Part shown: in pieces, positions 1-8,981 of the stretch | Position numbering within the stretch: the stretch's first letter is position 1 | How the letters are laid out: each line of letters opens with the position of its first letter | Assembly: GCA_013416795.1 (NCBI GenBank) | Contig: RQSC01000001.1 | Location: 19,332 to 49,682 of the forward strand | Direction of reading: 5' to 3' | DNA from: Prasinococcaceae sp. CCMP 1430 | Lineage: Eukaryota; Plantae; Prasinodermophyta | DNA length: 30,351 nt | Position numbers and translations under genes: made by a program | Notes under the pieces: generated by a model | Database searches by the model: none | The model's input: the letters and a program-made list of their open reading frames with translations, nothing else | What the model was told of the DNA's origin: nothing

Positions 1-43
1 TCGCGCGCCGCGGCGCGCGCGCGCGCGCGCGGCCGAGCGGCAG

Positions 44-962
44 GGAGCCGGCGTCGCGACCAGCACCGCGGTGCCGGACGACACCACCGTGTGCGACGAC
101 TTCGAGTGCACGTCGTCGCCCGCGGTGGGCGTGGCCATCAAGGCCATCGCGCAGCAGGTCGACGGGCCCGTGCGCGAGGGCTGCTCGGGCGCAGCGTGGG
201 CCGCGGGCATCGAGCTCGTGGACAAGGGCGCCGCGGGCGCGAGGATCTGCACCAGGGAGAGGGTGGACAAGTACGAGCCGCTCAAGGAGGCCCTGGCGGA
301 GGGCGCCACCGGTGAGGTGCTCAGCATGGACATGGACGGCATGGACACGCTCCTGCTGCGCTGGCGATTGCGCGGCACGCCGCAGCTCGCCGCGCTCGGC
401 GACATCGACGCGGTCGTGACGTGGAAAGTCACCTTCAACCTCATCTCGGGCCGGGCCACGCAGGTGCGCCCGCCGCCCGCCAGCGACGGAGAGAGCCGCA
501 GAGCGAGGGCGAGGGGGGGGAGGAGAGAGCGCTCGCGCGTGAGCGAGCGAGCGAGCGAGCGGTCGCGCAGGCGAGGTGCTGACGTCGCCGCCATCCCACC
601 GCTCGCGCATCCATGCACACACCACCGCCACCGCCAAACGCGCGCGCGAACGCGAACGCACCGCCGCGCTTGCGCGCGCGCCTCGGCAGCTGGAGATCAG
701 CTACGACTACGGCGAAACGCCCAAGCCCGCGGCTCTGTACTTCACCGCCCAGCGCACGCTGGCGGCGGCGCCCCTGCGCGGCGACCCGTCGGAAGACGCG
801 AGCAAGGAGGAGGACTCGGGCATCAACGTGAACCCGGCGGACCCCGGCCGCTGGATGCAGCAGCAGAACCAGGAGGATCAGTTCCAGAAGGAGGCCATCG
901 ACCTGGCCCTCGCGCTGGCCGTGCTGTACGCGCTCGTGCAGGCGCTCAAGACCGTCCTCTGA
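44..962 (+). CDS. DUF2358-like plastid protein with C-terminal TM helix; 5' partial; exons ~44-463 and 690-962
   Basis: CDDFECTSSPAV...VTFNLISGRATQ, then GTGCGC donor (464), CAG acceptor (689) and in-frame LEISYDY...DPGRWMQQ...EAIDLALALAVLYALVQALKTVL*. From memory this matches plant/algal DUF2358 proteins (At1g65230-like); not database-verified. Confidence 0.7.
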
Positions 963-1294
963 AGGGCAGGAGACGCAACGAATGGGAGAGAAACTACAGA
1001 GCGCAGCTCGTTACCACTTTTTTTCTCACGTACAGTGTGGTGGGCCCAGCCGCCGCGAGCCTGGCGCAGGCACGATGTCGACGACGTCCCCGGCGCGCGG
1101 GGCCTCCGCGCGCCGCGTGCGTCAACGTCGCGCAGCCTGGCGAGTCTGGGCGCGCGCGCCAGTCGCGCCGTGAGCGGGTGCTACTCATACATGCCACATT
1201 ACTTCACAGTCTAGCTGGTGTCGCTCCACGGCGCACGCTCACCCAAGCAACTCGCGCCGCAGTCGACACGCGTGCCCGCACCCGCGTGTGCGAG

Positions 1295-2151
1295 CTAGAG
1301 GGGCGCGAGCACAGCCGCACCGCCACGCGCGGCTGCCGCGCGCGTCGCATCCACGAGCCAGCCCCCCTGCGCGCAGCGCTCGGCGGCTGTGCCGGCGGCC
1401 GCGCCAAGAGCGCGCAGCAGCGCGGGGTCCGCCGGCTGCGCGCGCGCGCGAGCGAGCGAGCGAGCGAGAGGGAGAGGGGGAGAGCGCGCGTGTGCGCGGG
1501 CACAGGCGCGCGTCAGCGGCCGGGGTCGGGTGGGCAAGCTCGCAGATGCTGCGCCCAGACGCCTGCGCACGCGACCGGACTCCGCTGGCGCGCACCTTCG
1601 CGTTCGCCGCCGCCGCAGCGGCGGCGTCCGCCCTGGCACGCTTCGCGTCGTGCTCGTATGCCAGGGCGTCTAGCCCGTCGCCATCGCCGTCGGAATGCGT
1701 CGCCGCGTCCGGCGGGGGGCGTTGCTTGCGAGGGCGGGGTGTTGATCGGCGCTCGCCGGTTCTGCAGGGCGCGCGCGCGCGCGCGTGCGTTCACGTTAGG
1801 GTCAGCAGAGCGGCCTCGCGGGCGCTTTGACTCGGCGCGAGGCCCGGGCGCACACGCAGCGCACCTGTTGCGCGAGTGGTTCCCTAGGGCGGCGAGTACG
1901 CCGCCGCCCGACGCCGCCTCGCCGTCCTCCGCGAGCAGCCCGCCAGGTCCGTACAGGAACTCATCCAGGGTAGACACGATGCCCTTCGAGAGCAGCGCCT
2001 GGTACTTCCTGAAGGGCCAGCGCCCGACCCCGTTGTCGCGGATGATCTGCTTGAGGCGCGCACCGCACACGCCGAGCTCGAGCGCGGCCTCCGCGATGGG
2101 CCGGTCGAAGTACGTCGTGAGCTCGTCGAACGGCGGGTCGACGGCAACCAT
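1295..2151 (-). CDS. Small RWP-RK transcription factor (~208 aa); exons 2151-1795, 1724-1596, 1435-1295
   Basis: LTTYFDRPIAEAALELGVCGARLKQIIRDNGVGRWPFRK is an RWP-RK domain. Two phase-0 GT-AG introns (1794-1725, 1595-1436) join coding-like exons ending ...GAAVLAPL*. Confidence 0.8.
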
Positions 2152-2463
2152 GGCTGGCGCCGCGGCGCCCTTCCGTTCCCCTCACCCCCGCCCTGCCCCC
2201 CCCGTCCTCCCCAGCCTGCCTGTCCGCCCACCCGCCGCCGACGCGCGCGGCGCCAGGAGTGCCCCCGCCGCCGCCGCCGCCCGACCCCCCAGCAGTCCCT
2301 CCCTCGAGCCTCGCGTACGTCCCCGCGCGTGCGTTCGGACCTCAAAAAAGGCCCCTGTTGCGGCTCATTTCGTATGTACAATACTAACCCTACGGTATAT
2401 TTCGATATACTGTACACCCTAATACTAAACCCAAATCCTCGATCACCAAGCGGTGGCGCCGGG

Positions 2464-2740
2464 CGCGGGGGCATCCTCGCGGACTCGATGGGCCTGGGCA
2501 AGACCGTGGAGACCATCGCGCTGCTGGTGGCGGCGAGGCCCCCGCCGGCCAACGGCGGCCAGCGCGCGCATCGGTGCAGGCGATGGGAGAGGAGGACGGC
2601 GGCGGCGGCGGCGGCGCGGGCGCGGCGCGCGGCGGCGACGAGCTCTTCGAGGAGGGCCTCGGTACGCTGCTGCGCACACGCTGGTTTGTCCAAGCGTCGC
2701 GGGGGCACAGGCGCGTGAGCGTGCGCCTTGTGCGTGCGTG
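2464..2740 (+). pseudogene. Fragment of a SNF2-family (Rad5/Rad16-like) helicase N-terminus
   Basis: RGGILADSMGLGKTVETIALL (from 2464) is SNF2 motif I/Walker A (consensus GGILADEMGLGKT). TLVCPSV at 2678-2698, in another frame, resembles motif Ia. No other helicase motifs are present in the window. Confidence 0.5.
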
Positions 2741-3511
2741 CGCGCTCGTGCTGACGCCAGCTGCCGTCGTCCCCCTCCCCCTACCAACCAATCACCACAC
2801 CCCCCATCCCCCGCGCCCCCACCCGTTCCTCCGTTCCCCGTGCTTCTCTGTTCCACCGCTGCAGCGCTCGCCGAGGCCGGCGAGCTCTCGTCGGCTGCGC
2901 CGCTGCTGCGCAGCGCTCTGGCCGCGCTTTCGGCCGAGCGAGGTGAGGAGCACGCGACCACTTTGGAGGCGGTCACGACGCTCGCAGCAGTGCTGCTCTC
3001 CGCCGGCCAGCTCGAGGACGCGCTCCCGGTGTTCGAGCGCGCGCTCGCCGCCCAGCGATCCGCGCTCGGTCACACCCACGTGCACACGCTCGACTCGCTC
3101 AACAACGTCGCCACGGTGCTCTTCGAGCTCAGGCGCTACGAGGAGGCCGAGCCGCGCTACAAGGAGGCGCTCGAGGGGAGGCGTGCCGCAGGGACCAGCG
3201 CGGAGGCGGCCGACGCGGCGTACAATCTGGGTGGGTGCCCGCGCCAGCTCGCGCCCGCCCGCTCGCTCTCGTTCCCGCTTCCGCGCGGCGCGGCGCGCTG
3301 ACACCCGCGCGCGCACCCCTTCTCCTCGTCCCGCCACCTCGCTCAAGCGAGCTGCTACAACATGCTCGACCGCCACAGGGAGGCAGCCGGCATGTACGCG
3401 GTGTCCGCGGGACTATTCGTCAAGGCCGAGGGCGAGGAGGGCGACGCGGAGCTCGGCGCTCGCGCGGCGGAGGCCAAGCAGCAGGCCGCCGCGGCCATGA
3501 AGCTGCGCTAG
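2583..3511 (+). CDS. Kinesin-light-chain-like TPR repeat protein; exons 2583-2661, 2865-3230, 3348-3511
   Basis: TPR repeats such as LGHTHVHTLDSLNNVATVLFELRRYEEAEPRYKEALE. Both phase-1 introns (GTACGC..CAG, GTGGGT..AAG) restore the frame (EEGL|ALAEAG, YNL|ASCYNML). Confidence 0.8.
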
Positions 3512-3565
3512 GCCGGCGGGAGTAAAGCGCTCGTGTACATGTACTCGTGGGTGCACGCGCCAGAA

Positions 3566-4126
3566 TTACGCCGCCACCGGCGCCGCCTCCGCGGCCTCTG
3601 CGACCTGCGCCTGCTCCTTGGCCGCCTTGGCGGCCGCCTTGCGCTCGGCCTTCTTGCGCTGCATGCGCTCCCACGCGGGGGTGGGGAAGACGGGCGGCAC
3701 GATGCCGTTCTTCCACTGCTGCGACGCGACCGAGGCCGCGCGCTCCACGCGGCCGGGCACGTTGAGTCCCATCGCCCGCTGGCGCACGCGCTCCACGAGC
3801 GTCAGCACGCGCACCTCGGGCGTCTTGATGCACCACTCGAGCTCCTGGACCTTGTTCACCGGCGCCCACTCCTCGTAGCCGTCCGCGAACACGATGGTGT
3901 GCTCGTCGATGACGCCCTTGACCCAGCAGGAGCGCATGTCGTGGATGGTCAGTGGCCCGCGCGGCTTGGACTCGCGGTCGCGGTAGAACCACTGCAGCTG
4001 CGGGATCTGGCGGCGGCCGTACTGCCGGTCGATCTTGCCGCTCACGTAGTCGTCGTCGAGGAGCTCGTTGTCATCCTCGAGGAGCTTGGTGTCCTCCTTC
4101 TCCTGAAGGCGGTCGACCTTGGACAT
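3566..4126 (-). CDS. TIC56: TIC56-like chloroplast translocon protein (GYF_2/DUF4339-type domain), 186 aa, single exon
   Basis: WFYRDRESKPRGPLTIHDMRSCWVKGVIDEHTIVFADGYEEWAPVNKVQELEWCIKTPEVR follows the remembered Tic56 core (WYYRDR..RGP...W..GIID..T..W......W.P...V..L...I.T.EV). Confidence 0.7.
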   Translation of the reverse strand: MSKVDRLQEKEDTKLLEDDNELLDDDYVSGKIDRQYGRRQIPQLQWFYRDRESKPRGPLTIHDMRSCWVKGVIDEHTIVFADGYEEWAPVNKVQELEWCIKTPEVRVLTLVERVRQRAMGLNVPGRVERAASVASQQWKNGIVPPVFPTPAWERMQRKKAERKAAAKAAKEQAQVAEAAEAAPVAA

Positions 4127-4268
4127 GGCGGCGCCGCTGCACGCCCCCTAAATTCCTGACAGTCCCGGCCCGGACACGCGACCGCCGCCGCCGACGACCC
4201 CCTTTCTCCCGACCGACCCACCCCCCGCACCGCGCCTCGCGGGCGCGCCGCGCGGCGTGCTCCGCCAG

Positions 4269-4659
4269 GGCCGAGGAGACCGAGGCCGATACGAGTTCCG
4301 CCATCCCCACGGAGCGGCCGCGCGAGTCGTGGCTGGCCGCGTCGGCGAGCGCCTCCCTGTCGGGCCTCGGCCCGGTGGCGCTGCCGCGCAGGGCGACCGG
4401 CAACATCTGGAACAGGGTGCGCAAGGCGGTCGCGTTCTCCAAGGGCGACGCGGCCGAGGACAAGAGCGCGCTGGTCAAGGAGGTCGACACGAGGTCCGTT
4501 GTCCCCACGGAGCGGCCACGCGAGTCGTGGCTGGCCGCGTCGGCGAGCGCCTCCCTGTCGGGCCTCGGCCCGGTGGCGCTGCCGCGCAGGGCGACCGGCA
4601 ACATCTGGAACAGGGTGCGCAAGGCGGTCTCGCGCCCGACCAAGGACGAGCGCGCCTGA
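4269..4659 (+). CDS. Orphan terminal coding exon with two ~43-aa repeats; start not found
   Basis: Third codon positions are almost all G/C in this frame. CAG acceptor at 4266-4268, TGA at 4657-4659. Repeat unit PTERPRESWLAASASASLSGLGPVALPRRATGNIWNRVRKAV. Confidence 0.45.
4304..4629 (+). repeat. 128-bp direct repeat x2 (4304-4431, 4502-4629), offset 198 bp
   Basis: Direct alignment shows one mismatch. The offset is 66 codons, so the frame is preserved. Confidence 0.95.
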
Positions 4660-4920
4660 GCGCGCCGGGACGGCGGCGCGCGCGGCAGCAAAGTGCCCGC
4701 GCGGGCGTCTGCCTGGCGAGATTGTGATATCTGTACTGTACGCGACTTCTTGAGGACGCGGAGCCTCGTGCTTGCGCCCGCGACCGCCCCCTCACTTCCC
4801 ACTACCACACACACCGTCTCCCCCCCTTGCGCATCGCGCACACCCAGCCAGAGTGCGCGCCCCCCCTGCGAAGTCCTGCGCAATCGTTCGGTCCCGAACG
4901 CACCAACGCCAACAGTGATT

Positions 4921-4936
4921 AGGGTAGGGTTTACAT
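4921..4936 (-). promoter_or_regulatory. Telo-box-like element (AAACCCTA) in intergenic DNA
   Basis: AGGGTAGGGTTTACAT; its reverse complement contains AAACCCTA. The same 11-mer ATGTAAACCCT occurs at 14016-14026. Confidence 0.4.
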
Positions 4937-4999
4937 CCGGTCAGTGACTCCGCCGCCTCCCCTCGATCGGTACGTGACTCGACGCGGCCCTCGCGTGCT

Positions 5000-7010
5000 G
5001 TGGCTTTGCACGCCAGCCGCGATATTTCATGGGAGCGGCATACCATCATGATGGTACGTACTGTTGCTACCATCACAAGGCACCGAGAGGCACTCGCCTC
5101 GGAGTGTGCGCGGGTGCAGCCCCGCCGCACTGCACTGCGCTCTCGCTCCCAGCTGTGGGTGAGTGAGGGCGACACGACGCTGAAAATGATGGTGAAAATG
5201 AATCCGCCACTGAATCCCCTTGTTTGTTTGTGAGCTCGTTCCTCCGCTGCGCGAGGGCACACATTCTTGCGCGGGGGCGCTCGGCGGCGCCGCTGCGCGC
5301 CCCGCGGCGGGCTGCCGGGCNCGGGGCCCTTGGGCTGCGATCGCTGCGGCGTCCAGCCTGGATCCAACCGCGTCGCCCTCCCGCAAAGCCAACCACGAAA
5401 GCGACGCCGACGAGGGGCGCTCCCACAGCTTTGAATGGAGAATGGACAAGGTGGAGGACTCCTCGCGCCGACGGCTGCGCCTCAAGCTCACCACTGCCCT
5501 CTCGGCGGCCGGCGGCCGTAAAGTGGCGTCGAGTGGATCGAGCAGCCCTTCGCCGGGCAGTCTGGACGCGCGCAACCCAGGGAGCGCAGCTGGCACGCCT
5601 TCGAAGCCCTCGGGTGAGGACCTCGTCTCGACGGGAAAGGAATTCGCCGCAAACTGCTCGCTTGTGACAGTGAAGCGCGTGATCCACGGACGGCTGCGCG
5701 TGGATGCTCGGTCCGGTGACCTGGTGTTCAGGCCCCATGCGGATGCAGCAGATGTGGCTCGCGCGCCGTGGAACAGGACGAGGCGTTGGGCGCTCCGTCG
5801 GCTCGCGGAGGTGCGCATGATGCGCTATCAGCTGCGACCGTGCGCGTTCGAGATCTCCCTCGACGACAGGCGCACGGCCTTCTTCGCTTTCGACACGCGC
5901 ATCACCTGCCGCGCCGCAGCCGAACGCGTCGCCAAGGCCAGGCCAGGCGGGAGTATCACTGTCACGGATAGGCGTCGCGCGCGCGAGGAGGCCGAGCGTG
6001 CGTGCGCGCGCTGGCGTTCGCAGCAGATATCGACGTTCGACTACCTGATGGCACTGAACACGCTTGCCGGGCGCACCTTCAACGACGCGCAGCAATATCC
6101 TGTGTTCCCATGGGTCATTGCCGATTACACCTCCGACGAGCTCGATCTCAAGGCTCCCTCGACCTTCCGAGACCTCTCCAAGCCGGTCGGCGCGATCAAC
6201 CCAGACCGTCGGGACTTCGTGTTGGAGCGCTACAACTCGTTCGAAGACCCCGAGGGCATCGTGCCCAAGTTCCACTACGGCTCGCACTACTCGAGTGCCG
6301 GCGCCGTGCTGTACTACATGATTCGCCTTCAGCCGTTCCACTGGCTGCACCGCGAGCTGCAGGGGGGCAAGCTCGACCACGCAGATAGGCTCTTCCACTC
6401 AGTTGGCGCAACGTGGGACAACGTGCTTACCAACTCGTCTGACGTGAAGGAGGTCATCCCCGAGTGGTACTACCAGCCAGAGATGTTCCGCAACCTTGGA
6501 GGGTACGACCTGGGCACACGCCAGGATGGCGCCGTGCTGGGCGACGTGCTGCTGCCGCCATGGGCCCACGGCTCGCCAGAGGAGCTGGTGCGCCTCAACC
6601 GCGAGGCGCTCGAGTCCGACTACGTGAGTGCCCGTATTCATGAGTGGGTCGACCTCATCTTTGGATTCAAGCAGACCGGCAAGGCAGCCGAGGAGGCGTG
6701 CAATGTGTTCTACTACCTGACGTACGAGGGGGCGGTGGACGTCGACGCAATCGAGGACGAGCGCGAGAGGGAGTCGATACTCGCTCAGGTTCGCGAGTTT
6801 GGCCAGACTCCCGCGCAGCTTTTCAAGCGAGCTCACGCCGCGCGCAGCACCGAGCGAACGCTCAGGCGGCCGCTGCGTGACGCCCCGCAGATGCTGGAGC
6901 CTGCCGGCGCCGCCCTTCCCGCGAAAAACTCCCGCGTGGCCTGGGCTCTCTCAACCATCGTCCTGTCGCCGCCGCCCCGCCGCGGGGCCGCCGGCCTCCG
7001 CAAGCCCTAG
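5000..7010 (+). CDS. PH-BEACH domain protein (neurobeachin/NBEAL-like), lacking C-terminal WD40; 5' structure uncertain
   Basis: RGPW and WRMDKVEDSSRRRLRL pre-PH motifs, a PH-like segment, then BEACH: ISTFDYLMALNTLAGRTFND, QYPVFPW, FRDLSKP, HYGSHYSS, DVKEVIPE, WVDLIFG, FGQTPAQLF. Possible upstream exon ~5000-5158 (GTGAGT donor at 5159). N at 5321. Confidence 0.9.
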
Positions 7011-7250
7011 CGGCCTCGCCGACGCCCGCCTTTGCGGTCATTTCATCAGGGTTCACACGACGCCGACCCGAAGGCCACTTCGCCTTTCGCGCGCGCGCGG
7101 GCGCTTCGGGTTCGGGCCGGCGCGCGGCGGCCAAACGCGACGGCGCGGAGCGCTTTGGCGCGTTCGGCCGAACTTAGCGACGGCGACGCCGACGACGACG
7201 CACACCGAATCGAATCCCCACCCGCCGGAATCGCCGACGGCGCCTCGCCG

Positions 7251-7396
7251 CAACGGCGCGGGTGCGGAAAGTTTCCATGAGTATCCAGGGTAAAACCGAG
7301 CGCACCGGCCGAGCGGCGCGCGCTGGAACGAATCTTAGCCGGGGGTACATCCGCCTGGCGAGGGCGACGATTTTTTTTTGGAGACCTCTGTACAGT
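7251..7396. repeat. Dispersed ~145-bp element, copy A (MITE end or ncRNA candidate)
   Basis: 94/110 ungapped identity of 7261-7370 with 29791-29900; shared end ACCTC(T/C)GTACAGT. Confidence 0.85.
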
Positions 7397-7625
7397 AAGT
7401 CATGCACCACGCGCCCATGCCGCGATCCATCACACGGTCTGTCGGTCGGGGAAAAAGATAAAGATGTGCATGGCTGGATTGGATCGAACCAACCAATCCA
7501 CCCACCGACGGAAGGAAGGGGAAAATGCCGAGGGAACGCGCGGTCAGGCGGGCAGGCAGGCAGGCAGGCAGGAGTCATCAGTCAGAAGCAGCACTACTAA
7601 CTAGAGCGATGGATCAGTCTGTCGG

Positions 7626-7925
7626 TCAGCCAGCTGGGGCGTGTGTGTGTGCGTGCTCCCACCCAGCCAGCCAGTCCCAGCGTTTCTTCCCGATACCCTT
7701 TTTCAATCCGTGAGTGGGCTTGGGTTTTGGTTGGTGGTCGGCTGGCGGATCACGCGATCCGCCGCGCGCCGGCGCGCCGCCCGCTCCGAGCGCTGCGCCC
7801 CCCCCCTCGCTGGCGGAGGAGTCCTCGCTCGCGGAAGAGTCCTCGCTGGCGGAGGAGTCCTCCCTCCGCATCGTCTCCGCGTCGCCCTCCTCGCCCTCCT
7901 CCTCGCGCCTGCGCCCGCGCCGCAT
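7626..7925 (-). CDS. Possible small orphan acidic/Ser-rich protein divergent from PRXQ
   Basis: ATG-initiated MRRGRRREEEGEEGDAETMRREDSSASEDSSASEDSSAS. The differences between repeat units are synonymous. Possible intron 7697-7619 (GTATCG..CTGAC..CAG). Confidence 0.25.
   Translation of the reverse strand: MRRGRRREEEGEEGDAETMRREDSSASEDSSASEDSSASEGGGAALGAGGAPARGGSRDPPADHQPKPKPTHGLKKGIGKKRWDWLAGWEHAHTHAPAG
7807..7866. repeat. 18-bp tandem repeat x3 (TCGCTGGCGGAGGAGTCC)
   Basis: Seen directly; the middle unit has two substitutions. Confidence 0.9.
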
Positions 7926-8981
7926 GGCGCCCCGCGGAGCTCAGCGCACCGCCGCGCGTGTGGCGCGAGGCCCACACCTCCCCCCCCCCCNNNNNCGGCC
8001 CGTCGGGTGCCGATCACCGCGCGCCCTGCGCCCGGACCGGGGCAGCGCAGCGCGCGGGCGAAGGAGAACCCCCTGCTGGCCCAGGGCGCCGGCGGGCGAT
8101 CGGCGCTTCCCGAGGCGCAAGCGCCCACCTACGGATCTGACTCGCCTGCGGCACCCAGCGCCCGCGCAAGTCCGTCGCGTGCGTGTCTACGGGCGCTCGG
8201 GGGTCTGCGGGCCGCGCGTGGCCGCTTCCCCCCCCCCCCTCCCCCGGACCCGCGCGCCCACTGCGCCCGACCTCGTGGCTCCCGCAGCTCCTGTCCGCCG
8301 CCGCGCCGCGCAGCGCCCTCGCCGGCAAGGCGCCGGTCGTTGACGTGGGCGACTCGGCTCCCGGCTTCGATCTGCCGGCGGTCGGTGGCTCCACCGTGTC
8401 GCTGCAGTCGCTCCTCGACGCCGGCAAGACCGTCGTGCTGTACTACTACAACCAGGATGGCTCCCCCGGCTGCTCGCTCGAGGCGCAGCGCTTCCAGCAG
8501 GCGCTGCCGGATTTCGAGGCGAGCAACGCGGCGGTGCTGGGCGTGTCGATGGACTCCATCGAGTCGCACGAGGGCTTCTGCAGCGAGAAGGGGATTACGT
8601 TCCCGCTGCTCTCCGACGAGAGCGGAGAAATCTCAAAGGTGCGAGAACGCGGGTCGCGCGCGCGGCGCGCGCCCGCCCGCCCGCCTCCCCCCTCCTCCCC
8701 CGGCGCGCGCGCGTGCTCACGCAGTGCTTCGACCGTCTCGTGCGCCCTCCATCCCTCTTTCGCGCGCGCTCGTCGGCAAACGCGCGCCCGCTCGCCCGCC
8801 GCAGGCATATGGCGCCGAGCTCTCCATTCCGGTGTTCGGCAAGTTCTCCGACCGCCAGACCTTCCTCATTGACAGCACCGGCGTAGTGCGCGCGCACTGG
8901 CTCGAGCGCGACGGCTCCATGGCGTCCGTGAAGACGCCCGAGCACGTCAACCAGATCCTCGCGGCGATCAAGGAGCTCTGA
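7924..8981 (+). CDS. PRXQ: Peroxiredoxin Q / BCP-type, plastid-targeted; confident exons 8288-8638 and 8805-8981, first exon uncertain
   Basis: VGDSAPGFDL...VVLYYYNQDGSPGCSLEA...VLGVSMDSIESHEGFC...FPLLSD...SDRQTFLID is the AhpC/TSA-BCP pattern. Phase-0 intron GTGCGA..CAG. A hydrophobic segment ending ALA precedes the domain. Confidence 0.88.

Noticed and set aside
1083-1130. GC-rich hairpin (GGCGCGCGG/CCGCGCGCC)
   Set aside because: Such stems are expected by chance in (CG)-rich sequence.
1530-1595. RSICELAH resembling a CCCH zinc finger in the RWP-RK gene
   Set aside because: It lies inside the predicted intron 1595-1436.
71-2422. 783-aa ORF, and likewise 10490-12982, 14040-15845, 23011-24495 and many other long Arg/Ala/Pro-rich ORFs
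   Set aside because: Shadow or read-through frames caused by stop-codon scarcity in GC-rich DNA. They run through introns or antisense to recognisable genes.
7320-7345. Short similarity of the dispersed element to U6 (TGGAACGA) and U2 (GGCTAAGAT) snRNA
   Set aside because: No ACAGAGA box or U2 branch-pairing region; the U2-like word is not conserved in copy B.
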